The notes under the pieces: model-generated
The model's input: only the letters and a program-made list of their open reading frames with translations
Database searches by the model: none
What the model was told of the DNA's origin: nothing
Position numbers and translations under genes: made by a program
Assembly (NCBI GenBank): GCA_049599475.1
Contig: JBMYOQ010000002.1
Coordinates: 64,001-128,000, forward strand
Reading direction: 5' to 3'
DNA from: Opitutales bacterium
GTDB taxonomy: Bacteria > Verrucomicrobiota > Verrucomicrobiia > Opitutales > JABSRG01
Length of the DNA: 64,000 bases
Shown: piece after piece, positions 59,195 through 64,000 of the stretch
Numbering within the stretch: position 1 is the first letter of the stretch
Layout of the letters: each line of letters begins with the position of its first letter

Positions 59195-59887
59195 ATGATT
59201 CAAAATTACTGTACCTCCGCGCTCGCGATAGTTTATCGTGGGGTTTGCTTGTTCGGCGCTTATTTAGGCATCGCTTCGTCACTGCATGCTCAGGCAGTGA
59301 GTGTCGATGTACTGGATTCTGAATGGAATTTCCATGGCCATGGTCTGAAAAAGGTAGAGCGCGGTATGCTCTACATGAAGGAGGAGCCCGGAAGCCAGGG
59401 AGCTATGATTGTCAGCCCGGAGGCCTATGCCTCTGAGGTGAATGTAAGATACGAGATCATGCCCATGAACGCGGCGAGCGTATGCGTGCTTATTTTGGGT
59501 GCGATCGACGCCGATAACTCGCGAACCTTAAGTATTCCAGAGGGATACGATGGTTCCATGGGGCATTGGATTCAGCAGGTAGATAATACCTTTTTTGCTT
59601 TTCACAATGCTGCGCACAATCGCACTCCATTTGCGATACGGTTTCCCGACCGCACGCCCCTGGGAACTGCGACAGACAACGTGATGCAGAGCGGTCGATT
59701 TTATACTATTGCTGCGGGACGGACAGGCAATCGGGTGTGGCTCGAAATCGATGGAACGCTTGTTTTCGAAGGGAAAGATACCGTACCGTCGACTGCGGGG
59801 CATATCGCATTCCGCATCCGGGGGCTGGCCGAGGAACCGGCCGCCTGCTTAATTCGCAACGTATCGGTCGAGTCCACCGGGAACTGA
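59195..59887 (+). CDS. Secreted beta-jelly-roll protein (DUF1961/YesU-like)
   Basis: Signal peptide; ends LEIDGTLVFEGKD...GHIAFR...IRNVSV. Confidence 0.55.
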   Translation: MIQNYCTSALAIVYRGVCLFGAYLGIASSLHAQAVSVDVLDSEWNFHGHGLKKVERGMLYMKEEPGSQGAMIVSPEAYASEVNVRYEIMPMNAASVCVLILGAIDADNSRTLSIPEGYDGSMGHWIQQVDNTFFAFHNAAHNRTPFAIRFPDRTPLGTATDNVMQSGRFYTIAAGRTGNRVWLEIDGTLVFEGKDTVPSTAGHIAFRIRGLAEEPAACLIRNVSVESTGN

Positions 59888-59891
59888 GTTT

Positions 59892-60713
59892 ATGAATTGG
59901 GGGAAATTCAGCCTGGGGCTTCTCATCGCCCTGTTTAACCTTGAACTCAGTGTTGGAAGCGAGCCTGCGGAGAGTGCCGCTGAATCGACATTTATGCAAT
60001 TGCTCGAGGCCGACTGGGATGAAGTCTTTTTCGATTCCGGAGCTGGAGACTGGCGAGAGCGTTGGACGCTCGATGGGGAATTTGCAACATTAGAGAATTC
60101 CGATGCGGGTATGGCTTTTACCGCAGGACCTGAAGCTTTCGAGGACGCTCATCATGCGGTGCTTTGGACAAGGCAAGACTTCGCGGGCAGTTTGAAAATT
60201 GAGTATGAGTATACGCGTCTCGACGACGTGCTGCGCATGACGACGATACTGTTCATTCAGGCCACTGGAAGTGGGGAGCCTGGGTATGATGAGGATATCA
60301 GCAAATGGGCTGACAAACGTGCCGTTCCGGCAATGAGTCAGTATTTTGGGAACATGCACCTCTACCACCTAAGTTATGCGGCATATGGCAAGCGTGCCGC
60401 GGATATTGACGACGATTACGTGCGGGCTCGGCGCTATGTCGCAAAGCGATTGGGAGGCACTCAGATTAAAGGGGACACGTTTAAAACGGGTTTATTTCGA
60501 ACCGGCGTACCTCATCGAATCACCGTCATTAAGCACCAGAAAAACATTTACATGCGCGTGAGTAGTCCGGAAAAGACGGCATTTTTCCATTTTCACAATC
60601 GCAAGCTCCCGCCTGTCGAGTTTGGCAAAATTGGCCTACGGCACATGTCTACGCGGAGTGCGCGTTACAAAGACTTTAAAGTAAGCGCCCTCGCGAGCGA
60701 CGATATGAACTGA
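59892..60713 (+). CDS. DUF1961 (YesU-like) secreted protein
   Basis: WTLDG, HAVLWTRQDF, ILFIQATG, YHLSY, GKIGLRHM...YKDFKV. Confidence 0.75.
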   Translation: MNWGKFSLGLLIALFNLELSVGSEPAESAAESTFMQLLEADWDEVFFDSGAGDWRERWTLDGEFATLENSDAGMAFTAGPEAFEDAHHAVLWTRQDFAGSLKIEYEYTRLDDVLRMTTILFIQATGSGEPGYDEDISKWADKRAVPAMSQYFGNMHLYHLSYAAYGKRAADIDDDYVRARRYVAKRLGGTQIKGDTFKTGLFRTGVPHRITVIKHQKNIYMRVSSPEKTAFFHFHNRKLPPVEFGKIGLRHMSTRSARYKDFKVSALASDDMN

Positions 60714-60717
60714 GTCC

Positions 60718-62232
60718 ATGCTACGAAATCCCGCAATACAGACCCATTTTATGTTGATACCATTTCGACTTTCAGGACTCATAGCCATGCTCTCGTTTGG
60801 GATTGCTGGGGCGTCTTCCTTGTCTCCAGAGCTAAGAGTCACACGGTTAAACAACAATCAACCGATTATTCATCAGGGCCTGTTTAAGGCGTATGCACCG
60901 GACGGACCTCCGGAATCGCTGCACCCGGAGGATTTGGAAGCCTATCAGGAGTTTTATGGCAAAGAGATTGATCGTAAGGGCAAGCCTTTCCAGGTCTCAG
61001 GCGAGGCGACGAACATCAACGGGCCCTGTATGGTGCGTGTCCCGAGCTGGCTGAAAGATCATGAAAAAGCCGATCCGCGTGCGAATTATTATCTGTACTT
61101 TGCGCACCATGGCTCGCCCTTCATTCGTATGGCGTGGGCACAGCACATTGAAGGGCCTCACACCTTGTATAATATGCATCCGGTCAATCGTGACCTGGAG
61201 GGAGGGGATACGCAGCCTGGCCGAGGCGTTTTGGATCTCGGTTCCTCATTCAAGCGCGTGATCTATGGGAAGGTCAAACCTACCGTAAAGCTCACTACAA
61301 AGGTTCATCTTAAAAATAATATAGCATCTCCAGATGTGATCATTGATGACGAGAATGAGCGGTTCATCATGTTCTTCCACAGTCATGCCGAAAAGCCGAC
61401 CTTTGATTCCCGAAAGGCCAATACCAGTAAGCAGAAGACCTTTGTCGCCACATCGCGGACTGGCCTCAATTTCAACATGCCAGGGGATCCTAAGAACCTT
61501 CCACAAGGGGGTGTTCATGGGGGGGAGCCGGGGCATGGCATCAAGCCTGCCTATCTCGGTAATGCATATTTTCGCACGTTTATCTACGGGGGACATATTT
61601 ATGCATTTACGAATTATGGACCTCTCTGGAAGGGGCCTGATGCAACCTTTACGGGAAAGTCAAATCGCCCCTTCAATTACGACGGGATCTGGGACACCTC
61701 ACTTCGCGGAAACGATGAGCGCGGGGATATCTGGATGCAGATGGAAAATCCTACTGAAAATCCGATCAAACGAGACATCGCGAGGATGAAGCCTCCGGGG
61801 ATAAGCCCTAAGGATAATTCGCCAGATTTCACCCGGGCTAGTACGCAGACCGCTCGTCACTTTGCCACACACCTCCACGCAGATGGACGGACATTAGAAG
61901 TCTGGTACACTGCGCGCAATGATAGACCGGAGCGGATCTTTCGCACGGTAATGGACCTCGCGCAGGTTGACTCGAAGGGGAATCCGGTCGATTGGCATAA
62001 TTGGTCTACGCAAGTCGATAACCCCGTAGATGTGCACCAAATGATGCTGACGCCTGAATACCCGTGGGAAGGATCGGAGCTGCCTATCAAGGGCGGGGGC
62101 AATGGGCAAACCGATTTTGCGCACGCCATGCGTGACCCGGACCTGTTCCAAGACATCGATGGAACGCTCTACCTGCTCTATGTCGGCGGGGGAGAAAGTG
62201 CCATTGGTATCGCGCGTGTAGACACACTTTAA
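60718..62232 (+). CDS. Family A propeller protein (copy 4), lacking the C-terminal appended domain
   Basis: INGPCMVRVPSW, YYLYFAHHG, IASPD, MRDPDLF...IGIARV. Confidence 0.75.
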   Translation: MLRNPAIQTHFMLIPFRLSGLIAMLSFGIAGASSLSPELRVTRLNNNQPIIHQGLFKAYAPDGPPESLHPEDLEAYQEFYGKEIDRKGKPFQVSGEATNINGPCMVRVPSWLKDHEKADPRANYYLYFAHHGSPFIRMAWAQHIEGPHTLYNMHPVNRDLEGGDTQPGRGVLDLGSSFKRVIYGKVKPTVKLTTKVHLKNNIASPDVIIDDENERFIMFFHSHAEKPTFDSRKANTSKQKTFVATSRTGLNFNMPGDPKNLPQGGVHGGEPGHGIKPAYLGNAYFRTFIYGGHIYAFTNYGPLWKGPDATFTGKSNRPFNYDGIWDTSLRGNDERGDIWMQMENPTENPIKRDIARMKPPGISPKDNSPDFTRASTQTARHFATHLHADGRTLEVWYTARNDRPERIFRTVMDLAQVDSKGNPVDWHNWSTQVDNPVDVHQMMLTPEYPWEGSELPIKGGGNGQTDFAHAMRDPDLFQDIDGTLYLLYVGGGESAIGIARVDTL

Positions 62233-62259
62233 ATGTATCCAAATCTATAGACTTTCATT

Positions 62260-63396
62260 ATGCACTCATTACTTAAAGCCCTTATTTTAGGGAACTTGTT
62301 CTTGCTCCTGAATTTCCAGGCAAATGCTCATAGTGATATTTCGGTGCATGTGATGAATACGGGAAGTCTGATCTATCGGGACATGGATTCCATGACTCCG
62401 GGGGAAACGCTCGAAAATGTTTCTCTGAACGACCTTCAAGGGCAGTGCATCGTGAAGATCAATGGCGTGTATCATATGTATTTTGCCAAGCACAAGGGAC
62501 TCAAAGTATATTTGGCAACCGCACCAGATATCGCGAGTAATGCGTGGACCTATGTCGGCGTGGTGCTGGATAGCGATGTCGGAAAAGGCCTATCCACCTT
62601 TGATCATATAGCCTTTCCAGATGTCACCATCGCGGAGAATGATCCGGGGCGCTACATCATGCTCTTTCATGGGATGCATCGGATGGGGAAGGGGGCCACC
62701 CGTAAAAAGGGGAAAAAGGAGCACATGAATTACATGGCTGTCAGTGGAGACCCGACCAATTTTAATGATGGCGTCCTGCTGCAAGACCGCTTGGGGACCC
62801 CCGCTCCTGTCTGCGTAACCGGCCCCTATGGGCGTGTATTTAAAATGTGGGACGACTACTATGCCGTTTCAAAACAAGGGGAGCTCTATGATATTCCTGA
62901 GCACTTTGAGAGCGTCTTCAAAACAGGTACGTATGAGGGGCTCGATATTTCGGGGCTAAAAACGAAAATCGATGATGTGAATTTTGATCGGATTCCATCT
63001 CCAATCAGTAAGGACCTTCTCCTCGAGAATTGGGGGCTCAAGCCGTCTGACTATAATTGGATCAATCACCCCGATTTGAACCAAATTGCCCAAACCAATA
63101 AGGCCGAATTCTATTTTTGGATTAAAAAGCCAAAAGACAGTAAATACAGCGAATTATACCGACAGGTTATTACGCTTGGAGAGCGGGGAGACTGGTTTAT
63201 CGACCCGAATGAAAAGCTCTCCACAGCGCTCACTCGCGAAGCTGTCACCGAAGCCGTGGGCAAGCCTGTTACAACGCTGGGGGATCCTTATTATTTCTAC
63301 GAAGATGGAGTCGAGTATCTGTTTTTCGGGTACAGTCATGGAAGGGCAAACTCCCCAGGCGAAGGTAATATCGGCGTAGGCCGTATCAGTCGTTAG
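62260..63396 (+). CDS. Secreted propeller-like hydrolase, family B (distantly related to family A)
   Basis: YHMYFAKHKG, HIAFPDV, YIMLFHG, YGRVF, LGDPY...GEGNIGVGR. Confidence 0.6.
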   Translation: MHSLLKALILGNLFLLLNFQANAHSDISVHVMNTGSLIYRDMDSMTPGETLENVSLNDLQGQCIVKINGVYHMYFAKHKGLKVYLATAPDIASNAWTYVGVVLDSDVGKGLSTFDHIAFPDVTIAENDPGRYIMLFHGMHRMGKGATRKKGKKEHMNYMAVSGDPTNFNDGVLLQDRLGTPAPVCVTGPYGRVFKMWDDYYAVSKQGELYDIPEHFESVFKTGTYEGLDISGLKTKIDDVNFDRIPSPISKDLLLENWGLKPSDYNWINHPDLNQIAQTNKAEFYFWIKKPKDSKYSELYRQVITLGERGDWFIDPNEKLSTALTREAVTEAVGKPVTTLGDPYYFYEDGVEYLFFGYSHGRANSPGEGNIGVGRISR

Positions 63397-63505
63397 CCTC
63401 TTCCGCAAAGTCTCCTACACAGTACAGCTCCCCCTGAGTCCCTTACCCCGCAAGCCGTTCCTTGAGAGGGCTTTATTATCTTTTATCCCTTGATTACACC
63501 TATCT

Positions 63506-64000
63506 ATGAAAAAGCTGTTGCCTTTCGCGATTGTAGCGACCGCGATACTCCCAAGTTATGCCCATGAAAACCTCGATATAACCGTCGATATTTTCAGTGA
63601 TAGCAGTCTCATTTTCCGATACATGGACTCGATCAATCCGGGAGAGGATCTGTCTGGGTATAACCTCAACGATTTGCAGGGGCAGAGCGTCATCAAAATC
63701 GACGGGGTCTATCACATGTATTTTGCGAAACACAATGGCACCCAGGTTCATCTGGCCACGACTGAGGACCTAGAAGTCGGGCCTTGGATTTATGTAGGTG
63801 TTGTTTTGGATAAAGCGGTGGGCGCCGGGCTTGCCAATTTCGACCATATCGCAGCCCCAGATGTGAGAATCGCGGAAGAGGCCCCGGGGCGCTACATCAT
63901 GCTGTTTCATGGTCAACATTACATGGGCGCGGATGCGACGGACCGCAGTGGACAGAAGGAACACATGAACTTCATGGCGATTAGTGACGATCCCACCGAC
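63506..64000 (+). CDS. Family B propeller-like hydrolase, copy 2, truncated by the window end (absent from the ORF track)
   Basis: ATG at 63506: MKKLLPFAIVATAILPSYAHE...NDLQGQSVIKIDGVYHMYFAKH...DHIAAPDV...YIMLFHG...KEHMNFMA; colinear with 62260 and no stop before 64000. Confidence 0.85.
   Translation, partial: MKKLLPFAIVATAILPSYAHENLDITVDIFSDSSLIFRYMDSINPGEDLSGYNLNDLQGQSVIKIDGVYHMYFAKHNGTQVHLATTEDLEVGPWIYVGVVLDKAVGAGLANFDHIAAPDVRIAEEAPGRYIMLFHGQHYMGADATDRSGQKEHMNFMAISDDPTD

Overview
Bacterial genomic DNA of roughly 50% GC by eye. Gene content and style suggest a marine Verrucomicrobiota (Opitutae/Puniceicoccales-like) organism, but this is inferred and cannot be proven from the window. Positions 1-16.7 kb hold core-type genes: a 5'-truncated NUDIX hydrolase; a translationally coupled M20-like/gpgS/GT4/HAD operon (probable glucosylglycerate or mannosylglucosylglycerate synthesis); a PAS hybrid kinase; a PocR-AraC regulator; a Zn alcohol dehydrogenase; exoD-sufE-tatD-NYN-ASCH; and a His-rich leader ORF ending in the ribosome-arrest motif RAPP directly upstream of a His/acidic-rich TonB-dependent receptor. 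From 16.8 kb to the window end is an accessory block of mostly secreted proteins: five Cys-type sulfatases, three giant G8/beta-helix/LamG/TSP3/CBM paralogs, two SGNH acetylesterases, six paralogs of uncharacterised propeller-like hydrolases, two DUF1961-like proteins and a HEXXH metalloprotease. It looks like a locus for degrading a sulfated, acetylated polysaccharide. Nine of these proteins share a C-terminal domain, and four promoters share a paired TTTA-N10-TAAA operator. There are two disrupted genes, a highly structured MITE-like element with a collapsed derivative, and GTAG REP-like repeats. No rRNA, tRNA, CRISPR, integrase or transposase was seen. All family calls come from motif recognition by eye, not from database searches.
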